Shown here piece by piece: positions 46,251 to 55,450 of a DNA stretch of 64,000 nt. Origin of the DNA: an uncultured Bacilli bacterium (lineage in GTDB: Bacteria; Bacillota_I; Bacilli_A; RF39; UBA660); assembly GCA_934101185.1 (NCBI GenBank), contig CAKOQD010000002.1:11554-75553 (forward strand), written 5' to 3'. Under the pieces are notes generated by a model that saw nothing but the letters and a program-made list of their open reading frames with translations, ran no database searches and was not told the DNA's origin. Numbering within the stretch: the stretch's first letter is position 1; each line of letters opens with the position of its first letter. The position numbers and the translations under genes are program-made.

Positions 46251-48172
46251 TAAAAAATATAAAATACCTACTATTTTTAGGACTATTTCTAATTCCATTA
46301 AATACAAATGCTGCATCAAGTAGTGTATCACTAAGCTGTCCATCAACTGCAAACCCAGGAAATACCATAAGTTGCAACATATCAATGAAAACAACCGGAG
46401 CAGTAGCAAATGGAATATCATTAAAATATGATTTCACAAGTGGCTTATCATACGATAGCTTTACCCCATCATCATCATTTACACCACTAAAAAGTACTGC
46501 AACTGGCTTTGCACTAAATGGTTCTGGTGGAGTACCATCATCAGTATCAATCGGAACTTTAAGAGTAAAAATATCAAACTCAGTTAATGGAGGTCAAAGT
46601 TATAAAGTAACACTTAAATCAATAGACGTATCAACATATGATTCATCCACAAATAATTATGACGATTTATATCCGAACGATGCAACAGCGCAAATAAGAA
46701 TAAAATCATCAAACAACAATTTATCAAGCTTATCAGTATCAGGACATGAAATAAACTTCAATAAAAACACAACAACATATACATTAGAAACAACATCATC
46801 AAAAGTAACAGTAAGTGCAACAAAAGAAGATTCATATGCTACTATATCTGGTACAGGAACAAAAAGCTTATCATATGGACTAAACACAATCAAAGTAGTA
46901 GTAACATCAGAAACAGGATCAAAGAAAACATACACAATAAACATAACAAGAAAAGATACTAGATCAGATGATGCAAAACTATCATCATTAACAGTAAGTA
47001 ATGCTAATATAAACTTTACACCTAATCAAACAATATATAATACATCAGTTGGATCAAGTATATCAAAAGTACAAATATCAGCTAAAACAAACAATGATAA
47101 AGCAACATTTACAACAGGATATGGTCCAAGAACAGTAAACCTATCATATGGACAAAATACATTCAAACTAATAGTAAAAAGTGAAAAAGGTAACACTAGA
47201 ACATATACAATAAATATAACGAGAAAAGATACTAGATCATCAAATAACAATCTATCAAGTCTATCAGTATCAGTAGGCAAAATAAATTTCAATAAAAATA
47301 CAACAACATATAACATAGATACTAAAAACGATGTAACTAGTGCAACTATAAGTGCAACACTTGAAGATCAAAAATCAACATTTGTAAGTGGATACGCTCC
47401 AAGAACAGTTTCTTTAAAAGAAGGATTCAACTCTTTCCAAATAAAAGTTAAAAATGAAAAAGGCACTATTAAAACATACACAATAAACATAACAAGAGAA
47501 GACGGAAAAAGTAGAAACAATAATCTAAAAGACTTAACACTTAGCACTGGTAATATAACATTTGATAAAAATAATTTAAATTATAACGTAACAGTAGAAT
47601 ATGAAATAGAAAAACTAACAATAAATGCAACACCTGAAGATCAAAAAGCAAAAGTTACATATCAAAAAGAAAATACCTTAAAAGTTGGAGAAAACAAAAT
47701 AACAATAACAGTCGAAGCAGAAAATAAAAGTACTAAAAACTATACAATAACAGTAACTAGAAAAGAAGAAGGGAAAAAACTATCAAACGTAAGCAGTCTA
47801 TCATCATTATACATTGATGGAAAACAAATAACTCTAAATGAAAATCAAACAGAGTATACATACCAAACAACACAAACAGCAGCAAACGTAAAAGCAACTC
47901 CTACAGATCCTAATGCAAACATCACAATAATAGGAAACAATAGTATAAAAGATGATAGTATAATACAAGTAATAGTAACAGCAGAAGATCAATCAACAAC
48001 AATATATAAAATAAAAATAGAAAAAAAAGAAGATAAAAACAACACTTTGTTAATAATATTAATTCCAACTATAATAATAGTTATTGGTATAATAACATTT
48101 GCAATAATAACAAAAAACAAAAATAAAACAAAAGAAATAGACGCAAATCTATTAAACTTAAATAGGAAATAG
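46247..48172 (+). CDS. Membrane-anchored surface protein: N-terminal cohesin-like domain, five cadherin-like beta-sandwich repeats, C-terminal TM anchor
   Basis: Signal peptide. About 140-aa beta-domain (GNTISCNISMKTTGAVANGISLKYDF...GTLRVKISN). Repeats start LSSLSVS/LSSLTVS and end YTINITR. C-terminal LLIILIPTIIIVIGIITFAII. ATGA overlap with the upstream gene. Confidence 0.7.
   Translation: MIKNIKYLLFLGLFLIPLNTNAASSSVSLSCPSTANPGNTISCNISMKTTGAVANGISLKYDFTSGLSYDSFTPSSSFTPLKSTATGFALNGSGGVPSSVSIGTLRVKISNSVNGGQSYKVTLKSIDVSTYDSSTNNYDDLYPNDATAQIRIKSSNNNLSSLSVSGHEINFNKNTTTYTLETTSSKVTVSATKEDSYATISGTGTKSLSYGLNTIKVVVTSETGSKKTYTINITRKDTRSDDAKLSSLTVSNANINFTPNQTIYNTSVGSSISKVQISAKTNNDKATFTTGYGPRTVNLSYGQNTFKLIVKSEKGNTRTYTINITRKDTRSSNNNLSSLSVSVGKINFNKNTTTYNIDTKNDVTSATISATLEDQKSTFVSGYAPRTVSLKEGFNSFQIKVKNEKGTIKTYTINITREDGKSRNNNLKDLTLSTGNITFDKNNLNYNVTVEYEIEKLTINATPEDQKAKVTYQKENTLKVGENKITITVEAENKSTKNYTITVTRKEEGKKLSNVSSLSSLYIDGKQITLNENQTEYTYQTTQTAANVKATPTDPNANITIIGNNSIKDDSIIQVIVTAEDQSTTIYKIKIEKKEDKNNTLLIILIPTIIIVIGIITFAIITKNKNKTKEIDANLLNLNRK
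46715..48030 (+). repeat. Five tandem in-frame coding repeats of about 270 nt (cadherin-like modules)
   Basis: Recurring ...LSSLSVSxxxINFNKNTTTY...KTYTINITRKDTRS units. DNA blocks such as tacacaataaacataacaagaaaagatactagatca recur with few changes. Confidence 0.65.
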
Positions 48173-48196
48173 TAAAAATTGCTATTTCCTTTTTTT
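48164..48196 (+). terminator. Intrinsic terminator after the cohesin-like gene
   Basis: aggaaatag / ctatttcct 9-bp stem overlapping the stop codon, followed by T6. Confidence 0.75.
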
Positions 48197-48245
48197 AAAA
48201 ACTATTATATAATGAATATAGACATAAGAGTAGGGTGGTTAAAAT

Positions 48246-49184
48246 ATGCAAAATTATATAGAACAATTAAAGATAAAATACGATTACGACGATAAAACAA
48301 TAAATGCACTAACTAAAATAATCCCTGCTTTAATAGACTATTATGGAATAGAATATGAAGATACAATTCTAAAAGCAATAAACGATACAGAAATAATATG
48401 TTGTAATTCCTATCAAACAATATCAAAAATAAAAGAAGAAAAAAAACTAACCCAAAAAACAGAAAACACTCAAATAAAAGACATAGAGTCTGAAGGTGCC
48501 TACCTTTCAAATATTAAAATAATTTATAACGAAATACAAAACAAATATGAAATAATAAAACAAAATAGAAAAATAGTAATATCCCATACATACAATCTAG
48601 ATTCACCAAAAGGGCTTGAAGTATTAATACTAAATATATGTAGAACAATAAAAGCAGAAAACGAAGAATACACAGTAGACGGCAACACTTTAATTCAAAA
48701 AGAAGGTCTATCTGAAAGAACATATCAAATATCAATGGATGAAGAAAATATAAACCTAGACTTATCACATGAAACAAATATAGGTATTCATATAGGTTCC
48801 TTATTATATGATACAGAACAAATAGAATCAATCATTCTAAAAGACAAATATGACACCCATAAATATGATTATTTAAGACTAATAATAAAATACATAAAAG
48901 AAGTATTTGAACTAAAAGAAACTCTAAATGAAGAAGAACTATTAAAAAATAATGCTTTTAAAAACATATATCAAAACAAAAAACAATTCGAAGAACTATC
49001 AAATCAAATAGATGAATGCTTAAATATAGAACACGAAATGGTAATATATGCCATGAATAGAGAAGAAAAAGATAAATTAGAACAAATACTAAAAGAAACA
49101 TTCGAAGAAAAAATGATCAAAGAATTAGTAATACTAAAAAAAGAATCAGACAAAATAAAAAGAGTTAAAACTCCTGAGTACTAA
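48246..49184 (+). CDS. Hypothetical protein, Glu/Lys-rich
   Basis: 312-aa ORF with the RBS gggtggt. No family recognised. Its 3' end overlaps the convergent radical SAM gene by 20 nt. Confidence 0.5.
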   Translation: MQNYIEQLKIKYDYDDKTINALTKIIPALIDYYGIEYEDTILKAINDTEIICCNSYQTISKIKEEKKLTQKTENTQIKDIESEGAYLSNIKIIYNEIQNKYEIIKQNRKIVISHTYNLDSPKGLEVLILNICRTIKAENEEYTVDGNTLIQKEGLSERTYQISMDEENINLDLSHETNIGIHIGSLLYDTEQIESIILKDKYDTHKYDYLRLIIKYIKEVFELKETLNEEELLKNNAFKNIYQNKKQFEELSNQIDECLNIEHEMVIYAMNREEKDKLEQILKETFEEKMIKELVILKKESDKIKRVKTPEY

Positions 49185-50055
49185 AATCAGGAATAAAACT
49201 CTTTTTTTGTGTACCATCCTCTTGAACAAAACAATTCCTAATACCTAAATCATAAGCATAATCAATCATTCTATAATACTCATCATTAGATAAAACACGA
49301 TTAAGCTCATCAAACTCCAACTCTCTAATCGGTGTATATTGATTCATTATACTAATAAAAATATCATCATGATACTTATCATATAAATAATCTATAATCT
49401 TAACAGAATCATCATAACAACCAGGCAACATTAAATGCCTTACAACAACACCTTTTTTTATAATACCATCATCATCAAAAACAGGACTACCAACTTGTCT
49501 ATACATCTCCTCAATCGCAGAACTAGCATACTTAAAATAATCAGGACAACTAGAATACTTAACAGCAAGATCATTAGAATAATACTTAAGATCAGGTAAA
49601 TAAACATCAACAATGCCATCAAGCATCTTAAGAGTAGATACATTCTCATAACTACTAGTATTATAAACAATAGGAATACTAAGACCCTTTTTCTTTGCAA
49701 GAAGAAGTCCTTCACGTATCAAAGGAACATAATGAGTCGGAGTAACCAAATTAATATTAAGAGCACCTTTATTTTGTAAATCAATACAAATATCACTAAA
49801 CTTAGAAACACTAATTTCCTTTCCAACACATTCACTACTAATCTCATAATTTTGACAAAAAACACATCTTAAATTACAATTACTAAAAAATATAGCACCA
49901 CTACCCAAATCTCCAGATATCGGAGGTTCCTCAAAAAAATGAAGAGCGGCACGAGCTATTTTTAATTTATTATTTGCTTTACAAAAGCCAATACTATTAT
50001 TACGATTAACACCACATTCTCTTGGACATAACTTACAACATGAAAAATAATCCAT
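49165..50055 (-). CDS. Radical SAM protein, PflX/YjjW-like (pyruvate formate-lyase-activase-related)
   Basis: CNLRCVFCQNYEIS CxxxCxxC motif. N-terminal CCKLCPRECGVNR cluster. ATG at 50055 gives the MDYFSCCKLCP start. Confidence 0.75.
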   Translation of the reverse strand: MDYFSCCKLCPRECGVNRNNSIGFCKANNKLKIARAALHFFEEPPISGDLGSGAIFFSNCNLRCVFCQNYEISSECVGKEISVSKFSDICIDLQNKGALNINLVTPTHYVPLIREGLLLAKKKGLSIPIVYNTSSYENVSTLKMLDGIVDVYLPDLKYYSNDLAVKYSSCPDYFKYASSAIEEMYRQVGSPVFDDDGIIKKGVVVRHLMLPGCYDDSVKIIDYLYDKYHDDIFISIMNQYTPIRELEFDELNRVLSNDEYYRMIDYAYDLGIRNCFVQEDGTQKKSFIPDFSTQEF

Positions 50056-50131
50056 AATACCACCAAAAAATATTATAACAAAAATGAATAAAAATAACAA
50101 AAAAATATCACTACATAAACAGGTGATAATA

Positions 50132-50902
50132 ATGAGTAAATATAAAGTAGATATAACAGGACTAAATACAAATAGTATTAAAGTCCTAACCCAAGAAGAA
50201 ATGGAAGAACTATTTATAAAAATGCAACAAGGAGATCAAAATGCAAGAGATGAATTAATACATGGTAATCTAAAACTAGTACTATCAATTCTAAAAAGAT
50301 TCAATAAAAAAGATGAAAACTTAGACGATCTCTTTCAAATTGGATGCATTGGACTAATAAAAGCAATAGATAACTTTGATCTATCATACCAAGTAAAGTT
50401 CTCAACATATTGTGTTCCAATGGTAATGGGAGAAGTAAGAAGATACCTAAGAGATAACAATAGCATAAGAGTAAGCCGAAGTATAAAAGATACAGCCTAT
50501 AAAATATTAAAACTAAAAGATGAACTAACTATAAAAAATGGAAAAGAACCAACAGATGATGAATTAGCTAAACTATTAGAAATAGATAAAGCAGAACTAG
50601 CATTAGCACTAGATTCATTAAGACAACCAGTAAGCTTATTTGAACCAATATACAATGATGGGGGAGACACTATCTATTTATTTGATCAAATTGAAGATAA
50701 AAAAAATAATAACGACCTAGACATCCGATTAGCGGTCAATAAAGCAATAGAAAATCTAACAGAAAGAGAACAATACATAATAGATCAAAGATTCATAATA
50801 GGAAAAACCCAAATGGAAATAGCGCAAGAACTAGATATATCACAAGCACAAATATCTAGAATAGAAAAAACAGCACTACAAAGAATAAGAAAACAACTAT
50901 AA
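50132..50902 (+). CDS. sigG: Sporulation sigma factor SigG
   Basis: Strong by-eye identity to B. subtilis SigG (DDLFQIGCIGLIKAIDNFDLSYQVKFSTYCVPMVMGEVRRYLRDNNSIRVSRS). RBS aggtga before the ATG at 50132. Confidence 0.88.
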   Translation: MSKYKVDITGLNTNSIKVLTQEEMEELFIKMQQGDQNARDELIHGNLKLVLSILKRFNKKDENLDDLFQIGCIGLIKAIDNFDLSYQVKFSTYCVPMVMGEVRRYLRDNNSIRVSRSIKDTAYKILKLKDELTIKNGKEPTDDELAKLLEIDKAELALALDSLRQPVSLFEPIYNDGGDTIYLFDQIEDKKNNNDLDIRLAVNKAIENLTEREQYIIDQRFIIGKTQMEIAQELDISQAQISRIEKTALQRIRKQL

Positions 50903-51132
50903 CAATATTAGACAATTTACAAACAAAATTAATGTATACAAAATACATAAATAAGAACATATAAAAGTAAAACAAAATAAAAACATTGTCAAATACTTGT
51001 ATAAAACTACTAAAAGTAGTATATTATATATAAAGAAGCACGATCCTTGAACGTCGACTTCTTGTTGATTTCTAAGTTGTGACGTTTCCCTATATCAGAG
51101 AGACGTCATATTTATATTATTTTCACATTAAG

Positions 51133-51207
51133 CTATCTCATGATGTGAAATAATAATAAATATATAATTATAAGCAGGGAAAAAATTAGAAAATCTTTTT
51201 TACTCAT
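51133..51207 (-). CDS. Candidate type I toxin-like 24-aa hydrophobic peptide
   Basis: Minus-strand RBS gtgaggtg 6 nt before the ATG. MSKKDFLIFSLLIIIYLLLFHIMR. Own consensus promoter. 5' UTR hairpin can pair with the SD. Confidence 0.35.
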   Translation of the reverse strand: MSKKDFLIFSLLIIIYLLLFHIMR

Positions 51208-51269
51208 AACTATCACCTCACTTTCTTAAAAAAGTAGTGAAGCCGACGCCCAAAGATACGTGCAATATA

Positions 51270-51297
51270 AATATAGCAATAAATGTTTGTGTGTCAA
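51270..51297 (-). promoter_or_regulatory. Near-consensus minus-strand promoter for the small hydrophobic ORF
   Basis: Minus strand TTGACA (51297-51292), 16 nt, TGcTATATT (-10 at 51275-51270). Confidence 0.45.
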
Positions 51298-51413
51298 GTT
51301 TGTTGAGAGTAGAAAAAACTAACAAGAAATAGTACTTGAAAAAGTGCTATTTTTGTTATAGAATTAACTTATAAGAAACTATGGAGGTAAAACTATGACA
51401 AACAATAATTCGT

Positions 51414-52823
51414 ATGGGGGGGGGGCAAAATACTTATAACCCTTTAAAAAACAAAGGAAGAAATAAAAAGATAATAACTATAATAATATTCTTAGTACTA
51501 ATAGTAGTTAGTATTTCTTTTGCTTTGTTTAATCCAAGTATCAACTTACTAGGAAGAAGAAATATAAAAATATCTAAATGTGAACTTGATATAAACTTTA
51601 AAGAAAGTGATGAGTTAATGCTAGTTAGTAAGTATCCCATATCAAAAGAAGGAGCTTTAAAGTATGATGCAAAAGATATAACTATAACTAATAATTCTAC
51701 ATGTGATACAGCATATTTCAAATTAACTATAAAAGACTTAAGTAATTCAAGTATAAATAAAGATAAGATAAATTATCAATTAATAGATAAAAGTAATAAT
51801 AATGAAATAGCAGATAAAAATCCAGATAATTTTTTAGTACAAGATTCACTTACTAAAGGAAATAGTAAATCATATAGTATAAGAATATGGATAGATGAGA
51901 GAGCTACAAATACTGATTTATATGTAAATGGAGATACAACAAAACCTATTGAATATAAATATGCACTTAATATTGAAGCAACCGATAAAAAACTAAAAGA
52001 AGATTATGCCTTAGATTTTGCACTAGCAAATGTAGGACAAAATGGATTAGAATTAGTAACACATGAAATAGATGATACATTACAAGTAGATAGTAAGTTT
52101 GCAAGTGAATATAGATATCGTGGTGGAAATGTAAATAACTATGTAACATTTAATAATGAGACATGGAGAATAATAGGAATAATACCTACTGAAGATGAAA
52201 ATGGTAATGTAGAAAATAGATTTAAAATTGTTAGTCAGGATTCACTTAGTGCAATTGATGGATGGGATACTAATGCTGCAGTTAGTTGGGAAAATGCAGA
52301 AGCTAACACATATTTAAATGATAACTATTATTATGATATGCTAAATGATACGGCGAGAGGTATGATAGGAACGACAAAATATTATCTTGGTTTAGCTCCA
52401 GGAACTTCTTCTGAAGTTTGGAAAGCTGAGCGTTCTAATTCTGATGAGTACTTTTTGGATTTAAATGGTAATGTGATTTCGAAAAACCATGTAAACAAAT
52501 TAGCACTAATTTATGCAAGTGATTATGGATATGCTGCTGATTCTTCTTGCGATGCTTTGACTACTCTTACTGCTCAAAATGTTACTGATACGGATACAAT
52601 AATAGCTTGCAAGGACAATAATTGGATGTATCAAACTTTGAAAGGTTATATAATTACCCAGCCTTCTAATCCGCAAGTTTGGTTAGTTATTGAAGACGGA
52701 GTAGTTAGAATGTCTATTTCTAGTCCTTTTGATATGTATCCAGTCCTAACACTCTCATCCAATGTAAAAATATCCGGAGGATCTGGCACAAGTTCTGACC
52801 CATACCAATTACAATTAAACTAA
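51414..52823 (+). CDS. Exported or membrane-anchored protein of unknown function, probably phase-variable at the G tract
   Basis: 469 aa. N-terminal TM/signal anchor KKIITIIIFLVLIVVSISFALF. C-terminal GGSGTSSDPYQL tail. The ATG at 51414 has no SD. The SD-bearing ATG at 51395 is in the +2 frame and would join this ORF with G9. Confidence 0.7.
   Translation: MGGGQNTYNPLKNKGRNKKIITIIIFLVLIVVSISFALFNPSINLLGRRNIKISKCELDINFKESDELMLVSKYPISKEGALKYDAKDITITNNSTCDTAYFKLTIKDLSNSSINKDKINYQLIDKSNNNEIADKNPDNFLVQDSLTKGNSKSYSIRIWIDERATNTDLYVNGDTTKPIEYKYALNIEATDKKLKEDYALDFALANVGQNGLELVTHEIDDTLQVDSKFASEYRYRGGNVNNYVTFNNETWRIIGIIPTEDENGNVENRFKIVSQDSLSAIDGWDTNAAVSWENAEANTYLNDNYYYDMLNDTARGMIGTTKYYLGLAPGTSSEVWKAERSNSDEYFLDLNGNVISKNHVNKLALIYASDYGYAADSSCDALTTLTAQNVTDTDTIIACKDNNWMYQTLKGYIITQPSNPQVWLVIEDGVVRMSISSPFDMYPVLTLSSNVKISGGSGTSSDPYQLQLN
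51416..51425 (+). repeat. Homopolymeric G10 tract at the 5' end of the 51414..52823 ORF
   Basis: The track translation MGGGQ requires ATG plus nine further G. It is the longest G/C homopolymer seen in this AT-rich window. Confidence 0.85.
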
Positions 52824-52830
52824 CTAATAT

Positions 52831-52902
52831 GTAAAGCAACCTAGTATAAAAGCGTAAAGCAACCCATTATAAATTGACAAACCACATCTTTTAATATAAA
52901 AT
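52831..52902 (+). promoter_or_regulatory. Two 11-nt direct repeats GTAAAGCAACC (23-nt period) immediately upstream of a sigma-A promoter for the yfhO-like operon
   Basis: Repeats at 52831-52841 and 52854-52864. TTGACA (52874-52879), 17 nt, TAAAAT (52897-52902). Confidence 0.45.
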
Positions 52903-52930
52903 TATATGTGATTTAAGGGATGTGATCTAA

Positions 52931-55450
52931 ATGAAAAAATATGATAAAAGAGACTATATAAACCTAGCAATTTTAATCATATTTTTTTTAGTATTTATAA
53001 CTATATTAATGCTATGTACAAAAAACTCAATATATGGTTCAAAACTAGACTATGCAGATCAACACTACATGATCCCCGAATACTTTAGAACTCTTTTCTA
53101 CAATAGCAAACACCTATTTCCAAACTTAGCCCTTAACTTAGGAATGGGACAAAACATATACAACTTTTCATACTATGGACTACACAGTCCAATAATACTA
53201 ATATCATACCTATTACCATTCATTAAAATGGCAACTTATATACAAATAGTCTCTATCATCTGCATAATACTTGATATACTTCTATTCTATAGATACATAT
53301 CAAACCACTATGAAAATAAAACAATAAGATTCATATCAACATTTATACTACTTTGCTCAGCATCACTAATACTTCACTCACACAGACACATAATGTTTGT
53401 AAACTACATGCCATTTCTAATACTAGGATTCATATCAATAGATAACTACTTTAATCAAAACAAAAAAACACTCCTTATGATAAGCATAACCTTAATAATA
53501 CTAACAAGCTACTTCTTTAGCGTCCCAGCCTTAATAAGTCTAATACTATACGCAATATTTATCTACTTACAAAACAACAATTTCAAATTAAAAAACTTTA
53601 TAACAACATTCTTAAAACTATCCATTTACTTTATAATACCAATAATGATAAGCGCAATCCTCTTATTTCCAACCCTAACAGCAATTTTAAATAATAGACT
53701 AGACAATAACACTACAACATCACTAATAAATCTTATAACTCCAAACCTATCATTTGAATACCTATTATATAGTTGTTACTCACTTGGATTAACAAGCTCA
53801 TTTATACTTGCACTTGCAAACGGTCTATTATCAAAACAAAAACAGTACAAGTTCTTAAGCATAACATTCCTATTACTTGGACTATTCCCAATATTTATCT
53901 ACATCCTAAACGGAGGAATGTATATAAATGCTAAAGTCTTAATACCAATGGTACCACTTGCAATAATACTTCTTTCAAAACTATTTAGTGATATCATAAA
54001 TAAAAATATAAAACTAATTCCTTTACTAGTCCTAACAATAGTATTAAGCCTAATAGGAAGTATAAACTTTAACTTTGACAGAGTATACCTAATAGACATA
54101 ACATTCCTATTACTTTGCTTAGTTCTAACAGTAAAAAGAAAAAGCAACATAGTATACTTTATAATAATACTAATGTCCACAGTTAACTTAATAAGCGTAA
54201 ATGTAATAGATAAACTAGAAACAAAAGATCAAATAAAAACCCAATATAATGAAAACATTAAAGATTTAATTAAAGAAAATACTAATCTAGAAAAAACCCA
54301 CGTCGAAATAAAAGATAACATAAATGACACTAATAACATAAGAAACATAAATGAAATGAAAACTACTATGTACTCATCACTTACTAATAAATACTACAAC
54401 AATTTCTACTGGAACGAAATAAACAATAACAATCCATATCGTAACTCAACAATAATAAGTGGAACAGATAATATTTTCTATAACATATATACAAATACAA
54501 AAAACTATATAACAACAAAAGAAGCACCAATCGGGTACCAATTAGTAAAACAACAACAAAACTATAAATTATATCAAAACCCTGATACATTTAAAACAAT
54601 ATATGCAAATACTAACTTAATGTCCTTAAATGAATATAAAAAACTTTCTCATCCCGAAAGCACTGAGGCCTTATTAAACTACACAATAGTAAATGATAAT
54701 AATATAAAATCAAACTATAAAACAAATATAAAAGAAATAAACTATAATGAAGAAAAAATACCATTTACAAAAAAAGATAATAAATACTCATTTAAACTAG
54801 ATAAAAAAACCAACTACACCATTACATTAGAAAAAAACTATCAAAACAAAATCCTAATGATAAGTTTTGATATGGACTATTCACAAAAATGTTCTATCGG
54901 AGATACATACATAATAATAAATGGTGTAAAAAATACTCTAACTTGCAAGAGTTGGAAATATCATAACCAAAACTATACATTTGATTATGTCTTATCAAGT
55001 GATAATATCAACTCACTAGATATAACAATATCAAAAGGAAAATTCATAATAGAAAACATAAAAGTATATGAAATGGACTACAACGATTTAAAAAACATTA
55101 ATAAAACACACGATAACTTAAATATAACAAGTATAAAAGAAAACCAAATAAATGGTACAATAAACGTAAAAGAAGACTCATACTTAAACATAAATATTCC
55201 ATATGATAAAGGATTCGAAATATACATAGATAACATCAAACAAGACTATGAGTTAATAAACACAGCATTCATGGGAACAAAAATATCCAAAGGAGTCCAT
55301 GAAGTAAAAATAATATACAATGCTCCAATGTTAAAACAATCAAAAATAATATCACTAATCGGAGCAATACTATTTATAATTATAACAATAATAGACAAAA
55401 GAAAGAAGGTTGAATATGAAAAAAGTATCAATGATAATACCATGCTATAA
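52931..55450 (+). CDS. YfhO family polytopic membrane protein (glycosyltransferase-C-like; cell-envelope polymer glycosylation)
   Basis: 839 aa. About 13 N-terminal TM segments, large extracytoplasmic C-terminal domain, final TM. The architecture and the GT2/GtrA neighbours match YfhO systems. Confidence 0.7.
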   Translation: MKKYDKRDYINLAILIIFFLVFITILMLCTKNSIYGSKLDYADQHYMIPEYFRTLFYNSKHLFPNLALNLGMGQNIYNFSYYGLHSPIILISYLLPFIKMATYIQIVSIICIILDILLFYRYISNHYENKTIRFISTFILLCSASLILHSHRHIMFVNYMPFLILGFISIDNYFNQNKKTLLMISITLIILTSYFFSVPALISLILYAIFIYLQNNNFKLKNFITTFLKLSIYFIIPIMISAILLFPTLTAILNNRLDNNTTTSLINLITPNLSFEYLLYSCYSLGLTSSFILALANGLLSKQKQYKFLSITFLLLGLFPIFIYILNGGMYINAKVLIPMVPLAIILLSKLFSDIINKNIKLIPLLVLTIVLSLIGSINFNFDRVYLIDITFLLLCLVLTVKRKSNIVYFIIILMSTVNLISVNVIDKLETKDQIKTQYNENIKDLIKENTNLEKTHVEIKDNINDTNNIRNINEMKTTMYSSLTNKYYNNFYWNEINNNNPYRNSTIISGTDNIFYNIYTNTKNYITTKEAPIGYQLVKQQQNYKLYQNPDTFKTIYANTNLMSLNEYKKLSHPESTEALLNYTIVNDNNIKSNYKTNIKEINYNEEKIPFTKKDNKYSFKLDKKTNYTITLEKNYQNKILMISFDMDYSQKCSIGDTYIIINGVKNTLTCKSWKYHNQNYTFDYVLSSDNINSLDITISKGKFIIENIKVYEMDYNDLKNINKTHDNLNITSIKENQINGTINVKEDSYLNINIPYDKGFEIYIDNIKQDYELINTAFMGTKISKGVHEVKIIYNAPMLKQSKIISLIGAILFIIITIIDKRKKVEYEKSINDNTML

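Noticed and set aside
46715-48030. Regular ~270-nt repeats as a possible CRISPR array or satellite
   Set aside because: The repeats are in frame within one long ORF and encode repeated beta-sandwich modules. There is no short repeat/spacer architecture.
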